A DNA stretch of 64,000 bases from contig JAOAHS010000006.1 of the NCBI GenBank assembly GCA_026415135.1, forward strand, positions 29,779-93,778, read 5' to 3'. Under the pieces are notes generated by a model. It was not told where the DNA came from. It ran no database searches and saw nothing but the letters and a program-made list of their open reading frames with translations. Each line of letters begins with the position of its first letter. The first letter of the stretch is position 1. Positions 41,817-50,564 of this stretch are shown here, piece by piece. Origin of the DNA: Calditerrivibrio sp. GTDB lineage: Bacteria > Chrysiogenota > Deferribacteres > Deferribacterales > Calditerrivibrionaceae. Both the position numbers and the translations under genes were made by a program.

Positions 41817-42362
41817 ATGCAGCTGTTCAAATTGACCGAAGATCAACTAAGAAACAGTGCAACCACTTTGATTATCCAGAGAGCAGAAAACTATATAGGT
41901 AAATTTTCCAATTGTAAGATAGAAGGACCCATTTTGAAAGGTTCTATAAAAGGTAATCATGGCATATACAATGTAGAGCTTAGAATAGATACAGATCCTA
42001 TATTATATAAATGTGATTGTGATACTTCTAAGACATCTTTTTGCAAACACGCGGCTGCACTTGGCCTTACATACATATACACCCCTTGGGTTTTTGAATT
42101 AGATCATATACCTGATAGAAGTAAAATTTCCTCTTTTGAAGAACTTCAATATTATGTAAAAACCGTTAAGCTTAAAGATCTTTTGGATGAAATCAGAACA
42201 TGCTGTATCACCGTTGCACAACTCTCAGAACTTTTAGGTATCTCTGCACAACAGCTACTTGCCATAATAAAAGATGATCAGAACAACAAACATCATATTT
42301 TGACAGATCCGATAAAGTTATCATGCATGTACATTCTGGAGAAAAGGCTACAGTTCAAATAA
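41817..42362 (+). CDS. SWIM zinc-finger protein with C-terminal HTH-like segment (181 aa)
   Basis: CxC-x(n)-CxH: YKCDCDTSKTSFCKHAAAL; C-terminal ITVAQLSELLGISAQQLLAIIKD helix-turn-helix-like; own promoter-like TTGAAA-17-TATAAA and terminator. Confidence 0.55.
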   Translation: MQLFKLTEDQLRNSATTLIIQRAENYIGKFSNCKIEGPILKGSIKGNHGIYNVELRIDTDPILYKCDCDTSKTSFCKHAAALGLTYIYTPWVFELDHIPDRSKISSFEELQYYVKTVKLKDLLDEIRTCCITVAQLSELLGISAQQLLAIIKDDQNNKHHILTDPIKLSCMYILEKRLQFK

Positions 42363-42395
42363 AAAAGCGGGGATAACAACCCGCTTTTTTATTGT
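42363..42395 (+). terminator. Intrinsic terminator after the SWIM gene
   Basis: AAAAAAGCGGGG-auaacaa-CCCGC-UUUUUUAUU. Confidence 0.7.
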
Positions 42396-42439
42396 ATTTT
42401 AGTTATGATATTAAGTATAAAAATGTCTGGAGGAATGAA

Positions 42440-45400
42440 GTGCCAAAAAGAACAGATATAAAAAAGATTATGATCATTGGTTCAGGCCCTATAATAATAG
42501 GTCAAGCTTGCGAATTTGATTATTCAGGGACTCAGGCTTTAAAAGCGCTGAAAGAAGAAGGTTATGAGGTTATTCTTATAAACTCTAATCCTGCTACAAT
42601 TATGACTGATCCTGAGTTTGCTGATGCCACATATATAGAGCCTCTTACTGTGGAAGCAGCTGAAAAGATAATAGAAAGGGAGAAACCTGATGCAATCCTT
42701 CCTACAGTTGGTGGGCAAACAGCGTTAAATTTAGCTTTATCATTACATAAAGCAGGTATTTTAGATAAACACAAGGTAGAACTGATTGGTGCTAAAGTTG
42801 ATGCGATCAAAAAGGCTGAAGATAGAGAGCTTTTCAAAGCAGCTATGTTAAAAATAGGACTTGAGATGCCCAAAAGCTCTTATGTAAAATCTTTTGATGA
42901 AGGGATGGAAGCAATAAACAGGATAGGATTCCCGGCTATTATTAGACCATCTTTCACATTAGGTGGTACCGGTGGAAATGTAGCGTATAATATGGAAGAG
43001 TACAGGCGTTATCTTGAATGGGGCTTGGAAGCTTCACCAGTTGGTGAGGTTTTGGTGGAGGAGTCTATTTTGGGATGGAAAGAGTTTGAGTTGGAAGTGA
43101 TGAGGGATCTTAAAGATAATGTTGTGATAATCTGTTCTATAGAAAACTTTGATCCTATGGGTGTTCATACAGGAGACAGCATTACTGTAGCACCAGCCCA
43201 AACATTAACAGATAAAGAATATCAAATCATGCGTGATGCTGCTATAAAGATTATGAGGGAGATAGGTGTAGATACTGGTGGTTCAAATGTTCAGTTTGCG
43301 GTGGATCCCAAAACCGGTAGACAGGTGGTTATCGAGATGAATCCGAGGGTTTCCAGAAGCTCTGCTTTAGCATCTAAGGCTACTGGATTTCCTATTGCCA
43401 AGATAGCTGCAAAGCTTGCCATTGGATATACATTGGATGAGATTGCAAACGATATCACAAAAAAGACACCAGCATCCTTTGAACCTACCATAGACTATTG
43501 TGTAGTAAAATTCCCGAGGTTTACTTTCGAAAAGTTTCCTGGTACAGATGATACACTTACCACACAGATGAAGTCTGTGGGAGAAGTAATGGCGATAGGA
43601 AGAACTTTTAAAGAGGCTTTACAAAAGGCTATAAACTCTCTCGAAATAGGAAAGACAGGTTTTGATGAAATTTTTGATTCTAAGGATTTTACTAAACCAG
43701 AAGTTATAGATGAGATTATATCTTACCTGAAAAGGCCCACTGATAAAAGAATGTGGTATATAGGTGAGGCTATAAGAGCTGGGTTGTCAATAGATGAGAT
43801 ATACAACTACTCCCATATAGATAAGTGGTTTCTTCATAACATCAAACAGATTATCGATACAGAATCTGAGATCAAAAATAAAAGAATAGATGATTTAACT
43901 GCTGAGGATATGTTAAAATACAAGGAGTTAGGTTTTTCGGATAGAAGACTTGCAAAACTTTTAAACACAGATGAGGATACAGTAGCCAAAAGACGCAAAG
44001 GAATGGGTGTAGTACCTGTATACAAAAGGGTTGATACCTGTGCTGCAGAGTTTGAATCTTATACACCTTATTTATATTCTACTTACGAAAAAGAATGTGA
44101 AGCAGATACAACAAATAGAAAAAAGGTTGTTATATTAGGCGGTGGCCCAAATAGGATAGGGCAGGGGATTGAGTTTGACTATTGTTGTGTTCATGCTTGT
44201 TACGCTCTATCTGAGATAGGTTATGAAACTATCATGATCAACTGTAATCCCGAGACTGTCTCTACAGATTACGATACATCTGATAGACTGTATTTTGAAC
44301 CACTCACCAAAGAACATGTGTTAAACATTATAGATAAGGAAAAACCTGAAGGGATTATTGTCCAGTTTGGGGGGCAAACACCTTTAAAATTATCCGTACC
44401 ACTTGAAAAAGCTGGAGTGAGGATACTTGGTACATCTTCAGACAGTATAGATATTGCAGAAGATAGGGAGAGATTCAAACTTTTAGTAGAAAAATTAGGC
44501 ATTTTACAACCGGATAATGGTATAGCTAGAAATCCTTCTGAAGCTTTTAAAATTGCAGAGGAGATAGGTTATCCTGTGGTTGTTAGACCATCGTATGTTT
44601 TAGGCGGCAGGGCTATGGAGATAGTTTATGATAAAGAAGCTTTAGAAAATTATATGAGATTTGCTGTAGAAGCCAGTGAGAAACACCCGGTATTGATCGA
44701 TAAATTTTTAGACAATGCCATCGAATTGGATGTTGATGTTATATCCGATGGAGAAGCAGTTGTTGTTGCAGGCATTATGCAACATATTGAAGAGGCTGGG
44801 ATACATTCGGGTGATTCTGCATGTTCTATTCCACCACGAACAATATCGGCGGAAATAAAATATAAAATAATCGATATATCAAAAAGATTGGCTTATGAAC
44901 TTAAAGTAACAGGTCTGATGAATATTCAGTTTGCTATAAAAAATAATGATATTTATATATTAGAGGTAAATCCTAGAGCATCCAGGACAGTGCCTTTTGT
45001 GAGTAAATCTATAGGTGTACCGTTGGCAAAGTTGGCAGCAAAAGTAATGTTGGGTAAGAAATTAACCGAACTTGGATTTACAAACGAGATAGATATCCCC
45101 TTTTATACTGTGAAAGAGTCTGTTTTCCCATTTGTTAAATTCCCTAATACAGATCCTATTTTAGGGCCGGAGATGAAATCTACAGGTGAAGTTATGGGCA
45201 TTGATGTAAGTTTTGGTAAGGCTTATTATAAAGCTCAGATGGCAGCAGGTAATAAACTTCCGAAGTCAGGGAAGATTTTTATCAGTGTAAAAGATTCCGT
45301 TAAAGAGGATATTGTACCTATAGCTAAAGAGTTTGATAAATTAGGCTTTAAAATAATAGCTACTGCCGGAACATATAGTCTACTCAAGGAAAATGGTATA

Positions 45401-45673
45401 AATGTGGAGTTTGTTAAAAAGGTACAGGAGGGAAGACCAAACATTGTTGATCTTATAAAAAATAGAGAGATAAGCTTTGTGATAAACATTCCCCATGGGA
45501 AGAAATCAAGGCTCGATTCTACATCTATTAGAAGGGCTATATTGAGTTATAGTGTTCCTTATGTAACCACTATAGAGGCTGCTGAAGCATCTTTGCTGGG
45601 TATCAAGGAATATCTAAACGAAGGTTTAAAAGTAATGTCTATTCAGGAATATTATAAAACTATTAAAGGCTAA
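42440..45673 (+). CDS. carB: Carbamoyl-phosphate synthase large subunit
   Basis: GTG start with GGAGG SD 7 nt upstream gives canonical [18 protein letters not shown]; two ATP-grasp halves and MGS-like domain; track ATG 42392 lies inside the upstream terminator; no carA adjacent. Confidence 0.9.
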   Translation: MPKRTDIKKIMIIGSGPIIIGQACEFDYSGTQALKALKEEGYEVILINSNPATIMTDPEFADATYIEPLTVEAAEKIIEREKPDAILPTVGGQTALNLALSLHKAGILDKHKVELIGAKVDAIKKAEDRELFKAAMLKIGLEMPKSSYVKSFDEGMEAINRIGFPAIIRPSFTLGGTGGNVAYNMEEYRRYLEWGLEASPVGEVLVEESILGWKEFELEVMRDLKDNVVIICSIENFDPMGVHTGDSITVAPAQTLTDKEYQIMRDAAIKIMREIGVDTGGSNVQFAVDPKTGRQVVIEMNPRVSRSSALASKATGFPIAKIAAKLAIGYTLDEIANDITKKTPASFEPTIDYCVVKFPRFTFEKFPGTDDTLTTQMKSVGEVMAIGRTFKEALQKAINSLEIGKTGFDEIFDSKDFTKPEVIDEIISYLKRPTDKRMWYIGEAIRAGLSIDEIYNYSHIDKWFLHNIKQIIDTESEIKNKRIDDLTAEDMLKYKELGFSDRRLAKLLNTDEDTVAKRRKGMGVVPVYKRVDTCAAEFESYTPYLYSTYEKECEADTTNRKKVVILGGGPNRIGQGIEFDYCCVHACYALSEIGYETIMINCNPETVSTDYDTSDRLYFEPLTKEHVLNIIDKEKPEGIIVQFGGQTPLKLSVPLEKAGVRILGTSSDSIDIAEDRERFKLLVEKLGILQPDNGIARNPSEAFKIAEEIGYPVVVRPSYVLGGRAMEIVYDKEALENYMRFAVEASEKHPVLIDKFLDNAIELDVDVISDGEAVVVAGIMQHIEEAGIHSGDSACSIPPRTISAEIKYKIIDISKRLAYELKVTGLMNIQFAIKNNDIYILEVNPRASRTVPFVSKSIGVPLAKLAAKVMLGKKLTELGFTNEIDIPFYTVKESVFPFVKFPNTDPILGPEMKSTGEVMGIDVSFGKAYYKAQMAAGNKLPKSGKIFISVKDSVKEDIVPIAKEFDKLGFKIIATAGTYSLLKENGINVEFVKKVQEGRPNIVDLIKNREISFVINIPHGKKSRLDSTSIRRAILSYSVPYVTTIEAAEASLLGIKEYLNEGLKVMSIQEYYKTIKG

Positions 45674-45676
45674 CAT

Positions 45677-46468
45677 ATGATTGGGAAAATTATAGAAAAT
45701 AGAAAGCTTAATGAAAAATATTACTATATGGTTATAGAAAATGAAGATTTTGCTAAAGAAGCAAAAGTAGGTCAGTTTTTGATGGTACAATCAAAGGAGT
45801 ATGACTATATAAACGATCCTATTCTAAGAAGACCTTTTGGTGTTTGTGATGTGGATGAAGCAAGAGGGGTTTTTAGTATTCTATATATGATTGTGGGAAA
45901 GGGTACTATGCTGATGACTACTTTTAGGAGTGGTTCTAAGATACATTTTTCTACTCCTTTAGGCAATTCATTTACTATAAAAAAGCATGAAAAGGTTGCA
46001 TTGGTTGGTGGTGGTATCGGTATAGCTCCTTTGTACTTTTTAGCTAAGACACTGAAAAAAAATTGTTGTGAAGTTGATCTATACTATGGTGGACAATCAT
46101 TTAGCGATATAGTTTTTCTGGAAGAGTTTGAAAAGATCACTGATAACATTTTTATCACAACCAACGATGGAACTCTCGGTGTAAAAGGGCTGGTTACTGA
46201 ACCTTTCGAGCAATATATTGATAAGTATAACATGGTGTATGCATGTGGCCCAAAAAAGATGTTAGAAGCTACAGCAAATATCTCAATAAAAAATAATAAA
46301 ACTATTGAAGTCTCTCTTGATGAAAGGATGGCTTGTGGCCTTGGCGCATGTTTGGGTTGTATGGTGTATCTAAAGGATGAAATGGGTAACGAGATACAAA
46401 AGAGATGTTGTGTGGAGGGTCCGGTGTTTGATGGTGCAAAAGTAGTTTGGGAATCTGTTTGTAGGTGA
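45677..46468 (+). CDS. pyrK: Dihydroorotate dehydrogenase electron-transfer subunit (FAD/[2Fe-2S])
   Basis: FNR-like fold, C-terminal CGLGACLGC...C cluster. Confidence 0.85.
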   Translation: MIGKIIENRKLNEKYYYMVIENEDFAKEAKVGQFLMVQSKEYDYINDPILRRPFGVCDVDEARGVFSILYMIVGKGTMLMTTFRSGSKIHFSTPLGNSFTIKKHEKVALVGGGIGIAPLYFLAKTLKKNCCEVDLYYGGQSFSDIVFLEEFEKITDNIFITTNDGTLGVKGLVTEPFEQYIDKYNMVYACGPKKMLEATANISIKNNKTIEVSLDERMACGLGACLGCMVYLKDEMGNEIQKRCCVEGPVFDGAKVVWESVCR

Positions 46469-46471
46469 TCT

Positions 46472-47386
46472 ATGGACAGGCTAAGTGTAAGTATTTGTGG
46501 AATAAAGTTTAAGAATCCAATCATTACCGCAAGTGGTACTTTTGGATATGGATTAGAATATGCAAAATATATAGACCTAAATAGGTTAGGGGGGATAGCA
46601 GTAAAAGGTATTTCCCTGAAAGAGGTAAAAGGTAATCCGATGCCAAGGATTATAGAGACATCTGCTGGTATGCTAAATGCTATTGGTCTACAAAATGTCG
46701 GTGTTGAAAAGTTTTTGAAAGAAAAATTGCCACTACTAAGAAGGTATGATACAAGAATAATTGTAAACTTTTGGGGCAAAACGCTGGAGGAGTATGTAGA
46801 ATTGGCGAATATCCTTGACAATGAGGATGTGGATTTACTTGAAATGAATATATCATGTCCAAATATTAAGGAAGGTGGTATAGCTTTTGGTACAGATCCC
46901 AAGATGACTTATGATGTGGTGTATAATTGCAAAAAGGTCATGAAAAATAAACCTTTGCTGGTAAAATTATCACCAAATGTGACCAACATCAAAATATTCG
47001 GTAAGATTGCTGAAGATGCTGGGGCTGATGGTATATCGGCGATCAATACCTTACTTGGTATGGCAATCAATATCAATACACGAAAACCATTTTTATCCAA
47101 TATTACAGGTGGTCTTAGTGGACCAGCAATAAAGCCTGTGGCTGTAAGAATGGTATACGAGCTCTATCATACTATAAAAATACCAATAGTTGGTATCGGT
47201 GGTATTATGAATTATAAAGATGTTGTTGAATTTTATTTGGCTGGAGCAACAGCTGTTCAAGTAGGTACTGCAAATTTTGTTGATCCTGAAATTCCAATTA
47301 AGATTATAGATGACCTTGAAAACTATCTTGTTGATCAAAATATAGAAAGTATAAAAGATCTCACTGGTAAGGTGATAAAAAGTTAA
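46472..47386 (+). CDS. pyrD: Dihydroorotate dehydrogenase 1B catalytic subunit
   Basis: GIKFKNPIITASGTFGYG, NISCPN, GGI...GA TIM-barrel motifs. Confidence 0.9.
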   Translation: MDRLSVSICGIKFKNPIITASGTFGYGLEYAKYIDLNRLGGIAVKGISLKEVKGNPMPRIIETSAGMLNAIGLQNVGVEKFLKEKLPLLRRYDTRIIVNFWGKTLEEYVELANILDNEDVDLLEMNISCPNIKEGGIAFGTDPKMTYDVVYNCKKVMKNKPLLVKLSPNVTNIKIFGKIAEDAGADGISAINTLLGMAININTRKPFLSNITGGLSGPAIKPVAVRMVYELYHTIKIPIVGIGGIMNYKDVVEFYLAGATAVQVGTANFVDPEIPIKIIDDLENYLVDQNIESIKDLTGKVIKS

Positions 47387-47572
47387 TGTGTCAAATTTTA
47401 AAACAAAAAAACTATTTATAGTAAATCTATCGCATACCTAAATTTTTACAGACAGGAGCTATCAATTATATCACCAATAACGTCCGATAAGATATATTAT
47501 GTTAAGTTGCTGGGGCCAAGAAATAGTGTCGGTAAATGAGATTGGGAAAATAAGGGCTAACTAGAGAATGTT

Positions 47573-48526
47573 TTAGATTATTGCAAGTCTATTTCTACCT
47601 TCTTTTTTGGAGATATAAAGAGCATGATCGGCTGCATTTAAGTTGTGATCAATGCTTATGGGTTTTAATTTCGTGGCACCAATTGATATTGTATAACTGA
47701 TAAATCGATTATCGTTTATTTCGACAATAGATCTTTCGATATTTTTTCTAAAGTTTTCAAATATTTTTCTTGCATCATTTTCATTGACATTTATTAGGAT
47801 AATGGCAAACTCTTCACCACCTATTCTACCGACAATATCACTTTTCCTGAGTTCTGTTGTTAGTTTGCCAGCCAAGTGTTTGAGTATTATGTCTCCATTT
47901 ATGTGACCATAAGTGTCGTTTATAGCTTTAAAATGATCTATGTCAATTATACCTAAAAAACAGTCTGTTTCATACCTATTGATCTGATCAATAATTTTTT
48001 GGCCAATCTCATAGAAAAATCTTCTATTATATAGACCTGTGAGATAATCCTTTTCCGCAATATCCTTCATTTTTGCGTACATCTCTTGTAATTCTTTGTT
48101 TTTACTTTCAAGCTCTTTTGATTGTAAATAAAGATTAGCATGGGCTTCTGCAAGTTCGTTTTGAATCTTTTTGGCTTCAGTGATATCTATTCCAATTGTA
48201 TATTTTACCAATCTACCATCTGGCCAATACATCATACATTCATCAAGTCTATACCATTTATCTTTTAGTTCACTGAAGCATTCGTGACTAATTCTTTCGT
48301 TTATCTTTTTATTTTCTATTAGATATTTTATCTTACAATGTGGACATACATTCTGAAAACCAAAAATCTTTTCGTAACACTTGACATTGTTATTATAAGA
48401 AAACTCTTCCCAGAATAATTGGTTACCATATATAACTTGATACTCATTGACATCAATAACATAGACTACAAAGGGTATCATATCAAACAGTCTTTCAAAT
48501 ATACTGTTTTCAACTATAGTACTCAT
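47573..48526 (-). CDS. PAS (Cys-motif) + GGDEF diguanylate cyclase
   Basis: N-terminal PAS with KCYEKIFGFQNVCPHCK; coiled linker; GGDEF domain with RIGGEEFAI active site. Confidence 0.8.
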   Translation of the reverse strand: MSTIVENSIFERLFDMIPFVVYVIDVNEYQVIYGNQLFWEEFSYNNNVKCYEKIFGFQNVCPHCKIKYLIENKKINERISHECFSELKDKWYRLDECMMYWPDGRLVKYTIGIDITEAKKIQNELAEAHANLYLQSKELESKNKELQEMYAKMKDIAEKDYLTGLYNRRFFYEIGQKIIDQINRYETDCFLGIIDIDHFKAINDTYGHINGDIILKHLAGKLTTELRKSDIVGRIGGEEFAIILINVNENDARKIFENFRKNIERSIVEINDNRFISYTISIGATKLKPISIDHNLNAADHALYISKKEGRNRLAII

Positions 48527-49689
48527 TTAAAGCTCCTTTTTATTGGCAAAAATAAATCTACAGTAGTTCCAATATCCAATTGGGAGCTGATCTCTATAAA
48601 GCCATCATGTTGGCTAATTATGCCAAAAGATTCTGAAAGTCCAAGTCCAAAAGCATTTCTATAATCTTTAGTTGTAAAAAAAGGATCTTGAACTTTATCA
48701 ACATATTCATCTTTTATACCAAAGCCATGATCTGTAATAGATATTTTTATAAAATCAGAGTCTTTTACCTTTACATGTTTACATGTGATCTCAATATCAC
48801 CACCGTTTGGCATCGATTCCATAGAATTTTTTACTATATTATCTAAACATGAACTAAATAGTTCCAAATCCAATGATAATTTTATATTTAAGACAGAATC
48901 GATGTTAAGATGAAAGTTGTATATTTTGTCTGATGTGGCCTGTTTTGTTTTTACATAATTAGTAAGAAAGCGGGAGATGTCAATGTCATGTAGGTTCAAT
49001 ATAGCTTTTTGGCTAAACTTAATGATTCCCTGAATAATCTTTGTGGCTTTTGATACGGAATCTTTTATTATTTCCATTTCTTTTTTAAGTTCTGGATAGA
49101 TCTGATTTTTACTTAACTTATCTGAAATTATTAATAGTGGAGTATTAATATTGTTTAAGTGATGAGCCAAACCGCTTGAAAGGTTAACCAAAGATCGTAG
49201 CTTTTCCAAAGCTATATCTTTCTTTTTTGATTCTTCAAGTTGAAATAAAAGATTTTTTAATTCTTTATTATTTTCTTCTATCTTTTTACTTTTCAATAAA
49301 AGTTCTGCATGTGATTCAGAGAGCTTATTTTGTGTAAATTTTAACTCCGTGATATCCACGCATATACTATATTTTACAAGTTTACCATTGGGCCAGAAAA
49401 TAGATTTTTCTTCTATTCTATACCATTTATCTTCAAGTTCATTAAAATTATCAAAAATAACCGTATTCCCTTTAGGTTTTCTATTCTCAATCAATTCGGT
49501 GATTTTACAAAATATACATGGAGAATCATTGCCATAAATGATATTGTAACATTTTTTTCCTTCATAGTTTTCAAATCTTTTTTTGAAATAGTCGTTCATG
49601 TAGATGATATCCAGCGTATCAACATCAGTGACATAAACCCCAAAGGGTAGCATATCAAAAAGTGTTTCAAATATCCTCATCTCATTCAT
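48523..49689 (-). CDS. PAS (Cys-motif) + histidine kinase (HisKA-like + HATPase_c)
   Basis: PAS with KCYNIIYGNDSPCIFCK (paralogous to the PAS at 47573-48526); H box GLAHHLNNINTPL; HATPase G boxes (DHGFGI, GLGLS). Confidence 0.8.
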   Translation of the reverse strand: MNEMRIFETLFDMLPFGVYVTDVDTLDIIYMNDYFKKRFENYEGKKCYNIIYGNDSPCIFCKITELIENRKPKGNTVIFDNFNELEDKWYRIEEKSIFWPNGKLVKYSICVDITELKFTQNKLSESHAELLLKSKKIEENNKELKNLLFQLEESKKKDIALEKLRSLVNLSSGLAHHLNNINTPLLIISDKLSKNQIYPELKKEMEIIKDSVSKATKIIQGIIKFSQKAILNLHDIDISRFLTNYVKTKQATSDKIYNFHLNIDSVLNIKLSLDLELFSSCLDNIVKNSMESMPNGGDIEITCKHVKVKDSDFIKISITDHGFGIKDEYVDKVQDPFFTTKDYRNAFGLGLSESFGIISQHDGFIEISSQLDIGTTVDLFLPIKRSFK

Positions 49690-50071
49690 ATACTTTATTT
49701 GAAGTATTTGATAGAATTTTACTTATTGATTTAGCAATTTTTTCCTCATCAAAAGGTTTTAAAACATATCCAGATGCTCCGGCTTCAATAGCTTTTACGA
49801 TCATCTGTTCTTGACCATGAGATGTTATCATCAAAATAGGCACCGTAGGTGATTTTTCCCTAATCTTTATAGTTGCTTCTATGCCGTCTATATCAGGCAT
49901 TGTAATATCCATGCTTACAAAATCTATCTCCTCAGGATTAAATTTTTCTATTGCTTCTTTTCCTGTCCTTGCAGTTGCTACTACTGTGTGACCCAATGAT
50001 TCAAATATTTGAGTCAGTTTTTTGATGATAATCAGGGAATCATCTGCAATCAATACCCTTAAATTACTCAT
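49682..50071 (-). CDS. CheY-like single-domain response regulator
   Basis: LIADDS acidic pocket, phospho-acceptor D in VSMDITMPDIDG, T/K (YVLKPF). Confidence 0.85.
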   Translation of the reverse strand: MSNLRVLIADDSLIIIKKLTQIFESLGHTVVATARTGKEAIEKFNPEEIDFVSMDITMPDIDGIEATIKIREKSPTVPILMITSHGQEQMIVKAIEAGASGYVLKPFDEEKIAKSISKILSNTSNKVYE

Positions 50072-50561
50072 TTATTCCTCCGTTTTGTTTATCTTGGATT
50101 ATTAGATATATGTTTATGTTACCATCTGTTGTGGAGATCATAGAATGATAATACTTTGAATCTTTCTTGTTTAGAATACTTTTGGCTTCATTGACTATCA
50201 ATGGAGGCGAAAAAGATAGAAGTGAATCGTTAATTTCTAAAGATTTTGTAGAGTTCCCCAAAACTATATTCATGACTTCACATGCAGATTCTGCATAAAG
50301 CTCATCTTTTTCATCATCTTTCACATCTAACTCTTTGGTAAATTGATAAAATATCTTATCAAGAATTGCTTTCTCGTAACTAAAAACAACTATTGCTGTT
50401 ATATGACCTTTGATAGACATTATAGATGTTAGATAGTTTAAATTAATTTTTGGAACATCTTTTAGATATATTTTTTTGCTTATAGGATTTAATGAAAGAT
50501 CTTTTTCAATGAAATCAATACATTTTTCCGTTATAATATCAATGATTTTCTTATACTCCAT
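50064..50561 (-). CDS. CheX/CheC-family-like phosphatase
   Basis: SACEVMNIVLGN matches the S/D-x-x-E-x-x-N-x-x-x-G CheC/X active-site pattern; 165 aa; sits between kinase and CheY. Confidence 0.5.
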   Translation of the reverse strand: MEYKKIIDIITEKCIDFIEKDLSLNPISKKIYLKDVPKINLNYLTSIMSIKGHITAIVVFSYEKAILDKIFYQFTKELDVKDDEKDELYAESACEVMNIVLGNSTKSLEINDSLLSFSPPLIVNEAKSILNKKDSKYYHSMISTTDGNINIYLIIQDKQNGGINE

Positions 50562-50564
50562 ATT

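Noticed and set aside
42392-42439. ATG start of the carB ORF in the track
   Set aside because: That ATG lies inside the T-tract of the upstream terminator. GTG at 42440, with a GGAGG SD, gives the conserved CarB N-terminus [10 protein letters not shown].
46084-46902. 272-aa minus-strand ORF antisense to pyrK/pyrD
   Set aside because: The S/P/F-rich low-complexity translation is typical of an antisense frame in AT-rich DNA. pyrK and pyrD on the opposite strand have unambiguous motifs and tight operon spacing.
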